DNA from: Ionaspis alba | Taxonomy: Eukaryota | Reading direction: 5' to 3' | NCBI GenBank assembly: GCA_964255285.1 | Contig: CAXUUL010000010.1 | Coordinates: 60,628 to 80,627, forward strand | Length of the DNA stretch: 20,000 nucleotides | In this document: positions 10,517 through 20,000 of the stretch, in pieces | How the letters are laid out: the number at the start of each line of letters is the position of its first letter | Numbering within the stretch: position 1 is the first letter of the stretch | The notes under the pieces: model-generated | Databases searched by the model: none | The model's input: the letters and a program-made list of their open reading frames with translations, nothing else | What the model was told of the DNA's origin: nothing | Translations under genes and position numbers: made by a program

Positions 10517-12893
10517 ATGCGAGGGGTCGAGGATGGAGTGGATGCGGTTGCTGTTGAGGGTGGTGGGGATGGTAGACCTCCGGTTTTTCAGGTTATAGTA
10601 CTGGTGAGTGCATATTGATGCCAATTGAGTTGCACCCTCCGATTTTCCATAACTGTCTGCTGCCTCTCGAGTAACAAACTGTCGACTTCGAGTCGTTCGA
10701 CTCTACAAGCACCCTTGCTCAACCCTCCCTCGTATTTGCATCTGATCTCAGGAAAAGAAAGCCGAAGATGCTATACATGTCTCGGGATAAACGTGCATGC
10801 GGTGCGCGTCCCATGCGTTTGCTCAGCAAGTAGGCATGCCGTGTCTGTTGCAAAACTCTTTTTCTTTGTCCTGTTTTTTCTTTCTGCCATCTGCAGTCTC
10901 GCCTTGCATTGCATTATCGGACCTTTTTCCTATTCGAGCATGGTAGTAGCAGCAAGAGCAGCAGGATCGAGGCAGCAGTAGCAGCAGCATTCATCCTCGT
11001 CTATTCTCATGCATATATGCTGACTTGACCTCCGGTATCCAGGGTGCAGGGGGTGGGCCCAGTGAAGATAATGTCACTGGCTTGCTTGTGCGTTCCACTG
11101 CTACCAATTGGACAAAAGGCTCCATCTTGGCCGTTGATGCTGGCACGCATCTTGCTGCTATCATTAGAATCTTGGAAGAGCACTTGCCCCGAGCCACTAG
11201 AGAGAAACAAGCAGAGCCACCTCGAACAGTCCCTTCGACGGAAACACCTCTGAGATCGAGACCATCGCTCAATCGCAATGGGAGTTCTTCTCGCGCCATC
11301 TCTCCCTACTCCTCGACCTTCCCCGGCTACTTCGCTCCCATCAGCGAATCCAGAGGCATTCGCGCCGGCTCCCCAGCGCCGCAAGGACCCGAATCCAACC
11401 ATGGCAAACTCATCCTCACCTCGGGCCCATTCACCGACCTCATGGTCCCCTACGAAACCCCCAAAGCCAACGCCTCCTACCTCCTCCGCAACCTCATCTC
11501 CACCTTCCTAATCACCCACCCGCACCTCGACCACCTCTCCGGCTTCGCCATCAACACCGCCTCCTTCCAACACACCTCTCGCCCCAAAAAACTCGCCGCC
11601 CTCCCCTCCACCATCGACGCCATCAAAACCCACATCTTCAACGACGTCATCTGGCCCAACCTCTCGGACGAAGAAGGCGGCGTCGGCTTCGTCAGCTACA
11701 TGCGGCTCATCGAAGGCGGCAACGTCGCTCTCGGCGACGGTGAAGGCCGCGGCTACATCGAGATCTGCGACGGCCTCGCCGTCAAAGCCTGGAGCGTCAG
11801 TCACGGCATCTGCCTCAAACCACCGCACTCGCACAACTCCCACGGCGACCGCTCCCACATCCAAGATGCTCCCACCCGCCGCCATTCCCGCAACATGTCC
11901 CCTTCAAGCATCAATCCCCGCCGCAGAAGCAGCCTCGCTTACAGCGACCCGTACCTTTCCTCTCCTACTCACCACCACCCCGATCGCGCCTGCGTCTACG
12001 ATAGCTCCGCGTTCTTCATCCGCGACGACCACACCGGCCACGAACTCCTCATCTTCGGCGACGTCGAACCAGACAGCATCTCGCTATTTCCACGCACCGC
12101 CCGCGTCTGGGCGGACGCCGCGCCCAAAATCGCAGCCGGCATCCTCAACGCGATCTTCATCGAGTGCTCCTATTCTGACTCCCAGTCCGACGAGACGCTC
12201 TTCGGCCATCTGGCTCCTAGACATCTGATCGCCGAGCTGCAGGTTCTTGCGAATCAAGTCCGTCTCGTCAGACGCGGTAGTACTACCAGTGCTGGCTCTG
12301 CCGCTGCCGCTGCTGCTGCGGGCGATAGAGGCAGTATGGACGATGGCAAGAAACGAAAGCGCCTCAGTAATGGCGCGGCTATCCCCCGTGATGAGCATGA
12401 TGTGCTCAGTTGGCGCAGATTGCAGCGCAGACGCCACGAGCCGAGGATGAGTATTAGTCCGTCGACGCGCAGATCTGAGGATCCTGAGATGTCTCCGCCT
12501 GTGCCGGTCCCGATTCGCAGGAAAACTACGAGGAGTGCGGCTGGTGGTGCATCTTATAGGGGTGAGTCGCCTGCGAGACGCGGTCGTGGCGGAGTTGTGG
12601 AGGAGGACAGGGAGGGGAGTATGCTTCTTGATGATGAGGAGGAGGGGAGCTCGCCTCGGCCTAGGTCTTCGTCGAGGAGGAGAGGAGAGGGGGGAGAGAG
12701 GATGGAGGGCGTGGAGGTGGAGAAGAGACCGCTTAGGGGGGTTAAGGTGGTGGTTATTCATGTTAAGGATACTTTGGCTGATGGACCCTTGCCCGAAGAG
12801 GAGATTTTGAGTCAGTTGTTGGAGTATGAGAGGGGGCTTGAGTTGGGATGTGAGTTTGTGATTTCGGAGAAGGGAGGTTGTGTTTGGGTTTAG
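10517..12893 (+). CDS. PDE1: Class II (low-affinity) cAMP phosphodiesterase, metallo-beta-lactamase fold, about 645 aa; exons 10517-10603 and 11043-12893
   Basis: Exon 1 (MRGVEDG...PPVFQVIVL) splices GTGAGT..GCTGAC..CAG onto GAGGGPSEDNVTGLLVRS, restoring the family start motif QVIVLGxGGGP. Other motifs: LAVDAGTHL, ITHPHLDHLSG (HxHxDH metal site), HIFNDVIWPNLSDE, VSHG, DSSAFFIRD, IFGDVEPD, IFIECSY, LFGHLAPRHL, VVVIHVK. An in-frame TAG at 10484 fixes the start codon. Confidence 0.93.
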
Positions 12894-13401
12894 GAGCTGG
12901 TTGGGGTGAATTGGGTTTGAGTAGGTTGGTCTAGGGTATGAGCGGACAGGAAGGTGAGGAAGAAGAAGGGAGGCTGGGTCGTTTTTGTTAGGGGCGGCTC
13001 TGTTGTCTGTTTGGTTCTGGCCTTTTGTGAGGGATGGCTGCGGTTAATTTTTTGTTTTTTGAACCTTTTCTCTATACCGACTTGGTTTGAGACGAGGTGG
13101 TAGAGCTATGGAAAAGTCACGCGGTGGGGATGATTTGTTGGGATGAACGGCTTTTATGCTTTTGATTAGATGATGATGGTTGGATTGCGCATGAGGCCGA
13201 GTGCTACGAGTACGTGGTTTTCTGAGACATGCGGACTGCATTGGTTATGTACTGTTGTTTTGTCATCATGTATCAACAGATTAAAATCGTTTCTAGTCCT
13301 CTATTAACTCAGCTCCATCCGATCTCATATACATCCTCGTTCCCCGACCTTACGATACACGCGTCCTCTGATTCTTCCCTCCTCGTCACATGGAGCCTCG
13401 A

Positions 13402-16400
13402 CTAAGCCCATACAAGCTTTTTCAATGAATGTCCCCACTGCTCAATCAATCCGGTGCTCTTCTTCGCATCACCCAGGCTGATGATGTCCTCTTCCTTGAC
13501 CAATGAATCTCCCTTTGCCTCGCTACCCATGCCACCCGTGGCTCTAAATATCTCCTCGCAGACATTCCGTACCATTTCCTTTTCACTAATGTTCACTGTC
13601 GGCGAACCGTCTTTGTTTGCAGTCGCGAAGCTGGAGCGTGCAGGAAGGGCTTTGAAGGCCAGGAGTTTTAGATCAGAGGACTTGGCATCCTTGGAATTAG
13701 GAGCTTTCTTGTCGCTGGACTCTCCTTGTGCTGTCTTGTCCTTGTCTGTCTGCTTGGCTTCCTCGCCCGCACTTTCTTTTTCTCTACCATCCTCTTGCCC
13801 TTTCCCTTGCTCGAATCCCTCTCGTCCAGGCACAATAGTCGTACTCATACTTCGCGTGTTGACTCGGGCCAGACTTCCTTTTCCCGGCTTATACTTCACT
13901 ACAAACCCAACGTTCCTTTCCTCATCCATCTGCCCAGCAGCAAGCGTACTCGTTATATAGACACCCCTCTGTATGCCAACCACACTTCTTAAATCCACTC
14001 GCTCGAATCCCGCCACCTTCTCCATATTCCAGTCGAATCTCACGGCATAAAGCGCCGCATCCGTAAGCAACAAAACAGCCTCTTCGAACGGGAAAGTCCG
14101 CACGGTATTCACCTCTCGCGGACACAGCAGTGTCCATCCGCCGAGCAACTCCTCGCTCTGATCCGCAACCACGATCTTCGACGAAGTGTCAATGGCATTC
14201 TGTCTCACTTCCCGCATGGACGTCGCCGGATCTCCGCTCATCATATCAGCTTCGAACTCCTCGAAAACCTGGTCTGTGACATTTCCCAGTAAAAAGTCGA
14301 TCGCCGCTTGCGAGAAGTAGTCGTTGACGATGTTGTTGAAGTATCGGGAGAGCGTGAGTCCGAAATCGTTGATCGCGCCGCGGTAATCACGTTTGCGTGT
14401 GCGTGTGTAGTCGCCTTTGAGCGCGGCTGTCGAGGAATACTGCTTGGAGATGGCGTCGCCATTGTCTGCCCATAAGGTGTTGAACCATTGCGTCGACGCA
14501 TCAGTCTGTAGATTGAGATGGATACCCTCGGAAGCGAGTTGCTGTTCGAGGGCTCGCGACCCACAGGCACTCTGCACGACATTGGTTCGGTCGAGACAGT
14601 CCATGCAGTTGGTACGTAGTATACCGGACTGTTTGTGCGTGATGCTGGAGTCCTTCTCAATAGTGAAACTGTAGCCGTCGAGGATTGGACCGAGGGTATC
14701 AGTGAGGTGGGAGACGTTTTCGAATTTCATACCCCGGCATTCCGTGTGGAAATCAAACCATTCAATTCCGATTTTGGAACCGTTGATGCCATCATTCTCG
14801 TTTAGCTTTTTGGTGTGCTCTTCGTAGGCTTCGCCAATGGCGGCCTCTACGCCGTGCTTATCAACTAGCAGGGCTATCTGAATGTCGCCGTATCGCTTGA
14901 TGATTTTGGAGAAGTGTCGTATGAATGCTGCGTGATTTGTATCAAAAGAGTGGTGCAGGACGGGAACTGGTTTGAAGGAGTATGGTGACTGGGAGAAATA
15001 TAAAGGAATTGAGCCTCGAAATTGATTAAAAGAATATATAGTGGCAGCTGGTGTCCAGGATGGATCAGACAGGATCTGTTCTGTTTCTACACTGTTGGCA
15101 GTATTGCCTTCGTGATCGACTCCGCGGCGTAGGTAGCGAAGTCCAGGTCTAAGTATTGAACGTCGAGATATCAGAGTAAGGAGAAAGTCTCGTGTCTTAG
15201 CTGATGGTTTGAACTCTTTCGCTTGAGAAGCATTTTCCTGCAATTCGATGACCTCATCTACATTTTCTCTGACCGCAGCAATTGTATTTGTCGGGTCCTT
15301 GGACTCGGCGTTGACTGTGAATACTCGTTGTCCTATGAAACCTTGCATTATTGGAAGTACAAATGCATGCTGTCCGCTCGATATGAATCTCGAAGCAAGA
15401 AACGAATTCCAAAAGAACTGTGACGGAGTCAGTCCAAAGATTCCATAGCTCGGAGGACATGTCACCTCACCAGAGAATCGAAAGATTTATGTAGTGGGAG
15501 ATCTTGACTTCTAGAATCTTGACTGCCCCATCGTCTAGATATATCATAGTCATAGGAGAAGTAGAAGCTATTTGAGCACAGTAGCATCTTGGTAGTACGC
15601 AGTAGCTTTGGCAGCAAGGTATCTGTAACATTGGAACTCTCTGACTGCTCTTTTTTCGAATCATTCACCGAAGCTTTTTGCCTCTCTGGCTGCTTCGACT
15701 CGACGTCCAGCATAGACTGGACACCGGCTTTCTCGCCTGACGTGGAAGACGGTGGAGCAGTAGATCCTTTGGCTTCGTTTTTCTCGACCTCATCAGCGCT
15801 CATTCCTTGCATCCTCTTCTTGTCCACACTCCAACCCTTCTTGGAGAACCATCGTTCCGCGAACCGGCCATATTGGCCTTTCTTGCCAATGACATCCTCG
15901 GCGATGGAACTGCTTCTCTGACCTGCCTCTGGTCTAGCGCCAGCCGTAGTTCCGGTCTTGTCCGGTGTAGGAGGCGCTGTCGGATCTTCATGTTCTACTT
16001 GAGCCTTGTCTTCATGATCATCCTCGTCTTCAGAAGTGTCACTTTCAGCGGAACGATCTCCAGAACTATTCTGTCCCTTCTTGAGACTTTCATTCGTCTG
16101 ATCAATAGCCTTCCTGGCCTCGGCTTGTGAAGACAACGGGATCAAGGCCACCCCAGTGATGACAAATATGGGTTTCCCCCGGACCTGTGCGACTTGCTTC
16201 CGGCTGCATACAGATACCAGGTAGGACGAGGAAGCCACGGAGAAGAGTCCTGTAAGAAGGATCACATCAGTTTATGACAATAAACCTCACGTGTAACAAT
16301 ATCTACCAACAATGCCGTGGGCTTCGAGCGACGCCGAGCTGTTGCCATGGCTCTGCTGCTGTCGATCTTCGAGCGCCTTTATTTCGTTGGTGGCATAGTT

Positions 16401-16505
16401 GATCTGTAGACTTGGAGCTGGGCGCTGAGCGCGTTGTGCAGACGGATGGAGTAGTAAACCGTCTACCGCAGCAACGATGACCAGCTTCCGTACTATACCC
16501 GGCAT
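13402..16505 (-). CDS. Sac-domain phosphoinositide phosphatase with C-terminal hSac2-like domain (Sac2/INPP5F type), about 997 aa; exons 16505-16307, 16249-15471, 15417-13402
   Basis: Sac motifs FYFSYDYDISR, FFWN, LPIMQGF, LISRRSILRPGLRYLRRGVDHEGNTANSVETEQI, RGSIPLYFSQ, WFDFHTEC, catalytic RTNCMDCLDRTNVVQ (CX5RT) and WADNGDAISKQYSSTAALKGD. The downstream EEAVLLLTDAALYAVRFDWNMEKV region resembles hSac2, and there are no Sac1-type C-terminal TM helices. Introns 16306-16250 (GTAGAT..CTGAT..CAG) and 15470-15418 (GTGAGG..CTGAC..CAG). CDS 2994 nt, in frame. Confidence 0.92.
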
Positions 16506-16764
16506 GACTTAGGAGCTCACCGAGATCTGTCTTTATACAAGTTCAAGGAATGTCCTCGAAATAGTCGTGAACTATATTTATTTGCGCTTCCAGGGAGTGT
16601 TCTCTACGTCATGCGTTCCTCGGACTTCACTAATCTCCGTCGACCTTCTTGTAATGGACAGCGCAGGATCAACGCGTCTATCTGCGCAAGCAGACTTTCG
16701 TAAGCATGGGCGGGGTCGATCCTTCATATGCGTTTGTTCTCACCTTTCACTAAGAACCCAAGAG
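16506..16764. promoter_or_regulatory. Compact divergent (probably bidirectional) promoter region, 259 bp
   Basis: The start codons of the Sac phosphatase (16505, -) and the carboxypeptidase (16765, +) are head-to-head and 259 bp apart. Confidence 0.65.
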
Positions 16765-19013
16765 ATGCACTTCCTCATTTCTAGGCTTGCTCTAACAGCA
16801 AGTTTGAGTGTACTCGTCTCGTCTCAGTACTTTCCTCCAAAACCAGAAGGTGTGACTGTTGTGAGATCAAAGTTCCATGAAGGGGTCACTATCTCCTATA
16901 AGGAAGTGAGCATATCTTGATCATGTCCCGATCCCATTCGCATAGTATTTCTCCTGCAATCCCTTCATCCCCAGCCGTCGAAGGCCCAGTAAACCTAGCA
17001 ACATGAAAGCACCAGACGAGCATAGTCAGAATTTTATGACTGCAACCTGAATTATTCTCGTGACGACTGACCAACACTAGCCTCACCTCTGCGAGACCAC
17101 GGAGGGAGTAAAGAGCTACTCTGGTTATGTCCATCTGCCGCCTAAGACGGTAGACGAAGATGGTGAATCTCAGAACTATCCAATCAACACGTATGATATC
17201 TTTGGAGTCCTGCGATTCACAATCTCACATCTAGCCCAGGTTCTTCTGGTTCTTTGAAAGTCGCAAAGATCCTCACCATGCACCGCTTGCCATTTGGATG
17301 AATGGAGGGCCTGGTGGGTCATCGTTCATGGGACTTCTGTCAGAAAACGGTCCATGCTTTGTGGGTAACGATTCCAATAGCACCTACCACAACCCCTGGT
17401 CATGGAACAATGAGGTCAACATGCTCTACATCGACCAGCCCGTCCAAGTTGGCTATTCCTACGACGTACCAACCAATTGCACCGTTATCATGAACCGAAG
17501 CCTTGAGGGAAACGTAACGATCCAGAGCTTCTCAGACGAGGTACCAGAACAAAACAACACCTTCAGAGTTGGCACACTTGCCAGCCAGAACCTGACCTAC
17601 ACTTCCAATACCACAATACATGCGGCTCATGCACTATGGCATTTTGCTCAGACCTTTTTCGAGGAAATGCCAGTGTACAAGCCTCACGATGAGAAAATCA
17701 GCATTTGGACGGAATCCTACGGTGGCAAGTACGGCCCTGCCTTTACTACGTTCTTCATGGAACAGAATGAGAAGATCGCGAACGGTACGATCAACCAGCC
17801 TGGAGCTCATTACATTCACTTGGACACGCTGGGTATTATCAATGGTTGTTCGGCCTGCACTGACGAGATGCGAGCCTATATCGACTTCGCGCACAATAAC
17901 ACTTATGGCATCCAGGTCATTAATGACACGACGTACGAGAAACAAATTTATGAGTTCGAGAAACCAGGAGGGCTCCGTGAGGCTATTGAAAAGTGCCAAA
18001 AAATGGCTCGGGAGGCAGATCCAGATGACAAGGGAGATATGGATGAGGTCAATAAATATTGTACTGAATTTGGCGACTTGGAAGTTGAAACTGTCATTCA
18101 GCAATACTTCGAGTCTGGGAAAGTAAGTATGCATTTTATTTACTGCAGAACGTGACAACATTTGTACCCTTTTGGGACTGCAGCATCTTATCCAAGGAAG
18201 CCGCGACGAGTAGCATTACTAACATCTACACAGTACGGCTGGATGGACATCACTCATCCTTTGGCGGACCCATTTCCAGACAAATACTACATAGGTTATC
18301 TGAACCAGCACTGGGTCCAGCGAGCGCTCGGAGTCCCAGTCAATCACAGTATGCTCTCAGTAACCGTGTCGGCAGCTTTTCAGAGCACCGGCGACATGAT
18401 CCGAGGAGGCATCCTGAATGATATTGCTTATGTCCTTGACAATGGAGTTAAAGTCGCTCTTGTGTATGGCGATCGTGACTACGCCTGCAACTGGCTTGGA
18501 GGTGAAGCAAGTTCGTTGCGTGTCAACTATACCGGAACAGAGGGATTTCACAATGCGGGTTATTCACCAATCGAGATCAGCCCGTTCTACTCCGGAGGTC
18601 AAGTTCGGCAGTATGGTAACTTCTCATTCTCGAGAGTGTACCAGGCTGGGCATGCCGTACCGTCCTACCAGCCTGAAACTGCCTACAAGATCTTCATGCG
18701 GGCGATGTTCAACAAAGACATTGCAACGGGTAGGATCGATTTGTCCGACGACTACAGTACCAAAGGGGCCTCTTCGACATGGCACATCATGAATGATGTC
18801 CTCCCGCCTCCTAAACCGGAGTGCTATATCCTCGAGCCTAGCGGGTGCTCCGAGGAGCTGTACGCAGCGGTCGAGAATGGTACGGCAATCATCAAAGATT
18901 TATTTGTCATCGGCATAGCAAAGAACGGGGAGGTTTCTAAGGAGCCTGAGGATGGTACTCGGTATTTCTCGGACGGGGGTGGCCAGACTGTATTTGCCAC
19001 TGGTCAGGATTAA
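16765..19013 (+). CDS. Secreted serine carboxypeptidase, family S10 (carboxypeptidase S1-like), about 637 aa; exons 16765-16905, 17081-17190, 17240-18122, 18234-19013
   Basis: Signal peptide [25 protein letters not shown]. Motifs [72 protein letters not shown]. Catalytic triad: TESYGG (Ser), GDRDYACN (Asp), AGHAVP (His). Many NxS/T sequons. Introns 16906-17080, 17191-17239 and 18123-18233, all GT..AG. CDS 1914 nt, in frame. Confidence 0.95.
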
Positions 19014-19265
19014 TAATATATGATCAAATTAGAGTCGATGCACGCCGTTCGTATAATGGGGTACATATGAGTGATCGCTTGAAAAAAACGGTGGTGACAT
19101 GTCAAACCGTCGTTGTTTTCGGTCTTCGGATACGACCGAGAAATCCAATCCAACCACAACGAGGGCTGCTGTGTGGACTTCGCTATATTGTTTGCTCCCC
19201 CGTCGGACATTTCAAAGACCCTAAGAGCGAGCTTACAAAGCCTTGAAGCTCTAATTGATATCCTC

Positions 19266-19271
19266 TATATA
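19266..19271 (+). promoter_or_regulatory. Putative TATA box of the DUF1857 gene
   Basis: TATATA about 90 nt upstream of ATG 19360, followed by a CT-rich stretch typical of fungal core promoters. Confidence 0.5.
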
Positions 19272-19359
19272 GCCGGTCCTTAAACCTCTACATCACTGTT
19301 CTTCTCCACATCTCCTGTTCCCTAGCAATTCAACATCCGGTGCGCTCACCAGAATTACA

Positions 19360-19912
19360 ATGCCTGCCACTATACTCACAGCCTCCACTCTCCCTGTTAA
19401 CCCCTCCTCCCTTCCTTCTGACGCCCCTACCCTCACGATCCCCCAAATCTGGGATGGCCTAGTCTACAAATGTAAGAATCCTCACAAAGGGTTCGTGGCC
19501 CTCATGAGCGATTGCGAAGTCATCTCGGAGACAGAGAGTGAGATCGAGCGAGTCGTGACATATAAAGACAACGACCTGAAGTCAGGAAAGTTGAAGGAGA
19601 AGATCGTACTCGGGAGGCCGATGAAGGTATGGTCAAATCAATCCACCCTCGTAAGACACGAGGAGAATTAACGACCAACAGGCGGATTTCTATCAAGAAA
19701 GTGGTTCGGTAGTCTCGAATATTGTTTCTGTTGGCTCGGAGCCTGCAGAACTGTATCTAACATTCACTTTCTCTACAATCGTGAAGGATGTGGAGGCTGG
19801 GAGTAAAGAGGCGGAGGAGAAGAAGGCGCTACAGGAGAAGCTGGGATTGCGAGCCGTAGGGGACACGATTACGACCATCAGGAGTATGGTTAAGGATGGA
19901 AGAATTAAGTAG
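19360..19912 (+). CDS. DUF1857 / AtaL-like Bet v1 (SRPBCC) fold protein, about 165 aa; exons 19360-19626 and 19682-19912
   Basis: MPATILTASTLPVNP...LTIPQIWDGLVYKCKNPHKGFVALMSDCEVISE...IERVVTY...PMK|ADFYQESGSVVSNIVS...ELYLTFTF...AVGDTITTIRSMVKDGRIK* matches the recalled pattern of this family (P-V-N-P, QxWxGL..K..P..FV, C-terminal TI..IR.MV..G). Intron 19627-19681 (GTATGG..TTAAC..CAG). Start context is good (tacaATGC). Confidence 0.8.
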
Positions 19913-20000
19913 CCTGGGCCGAGAACGAAGCGAAGTGATTACTCGACATGAGTTACGACGTGAATAGCGCATTAGTAATCTTGGCTGGATCCGCTAGTGT

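Noticed and set aside
12084..12761. 225-aa minus-strand ORF, and other overlapping ORFs, within PDE1
   Set aside because: Antisense or alternative-frame artefacts of GC-rich, skewed coding sequence.
12879..12893. Pde1 C-terminus CVWV as a CaaX prenylation motif
   Set aside because: Trp at a2 is unfavourable, and this segment probably corresponds to the final beta-strand of the fold.
18123..18233. Overlapping donors GTAAGT/GTATGC and internal CAGs in carboxypeptidase intron 3 as a stwintron
   Set aside because: A single canonical intron (GTAAGT..ACTAAC..CAG) already restores the frame. The internal intron lacks a good branch point and the reconstituted donor would be weak.
6237..19013. UCH37, SSH4, Sac phosphatase and carboxypeptidase as a functional ubiquitin/endosome/proteolysis gene cluster
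   Set aside because: The genes act in different compartments and are interrupted by PDE1 and an assembly gap. No shared regulatory motif was seen, so the adjacency is best explained as ordinary gene order.

Overview
Intron-containing DNA from a filamentous ascomycete (Pezizomycotina-type GTRNGY donors, CTRAC branch points, YAG acceptors, mostly 49-111 nt introns). Splicing by hand gives seven complete protein-coding genes, each with a spliced length divisible by 3. In order: a Upc2/Ecm22-like Zn2Cys6 transcription factor (+, 3204-5134); proteasomal deubiquitinase UCH37/Uch2 (+, 6237-7404); the SPRY-domain Rsp5 adaptor Ssh4 (+, 7923-9650); class II cAMP phosphodiesterase Pde1/PdeL (+, 10517-12893, first exon missed by the ORF track); a Sac-domain phosphoinositide phosphatase of Sac2/INPP5F type (-, 16505-13402); a secreted S10 serine carboxypeptidase (+, 16765-19013); and a small DUF1857/Bet v1-like protein (+, 19360-19912). 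There is a 100-N assembly gap at 10123-10222 and a possible gene start running off the left edge. This is mostly core-genome housekeeping sequence: I see no mobile element, RNA gene, CRISPR array or biosynthetic cluster, and cannot support a clearly new system. The signals most worth checking are regulatory or compositional: three minimal uORFs before SSH4, a hairpin plus G-quadruplex before PDE1, an unusually long PDE1 intron, uORFs in the transcription factor leader, and a repeating C-rich to G-rich strand-skew switch inside several genes. Family assignments come from recognised motifs, not database searches.
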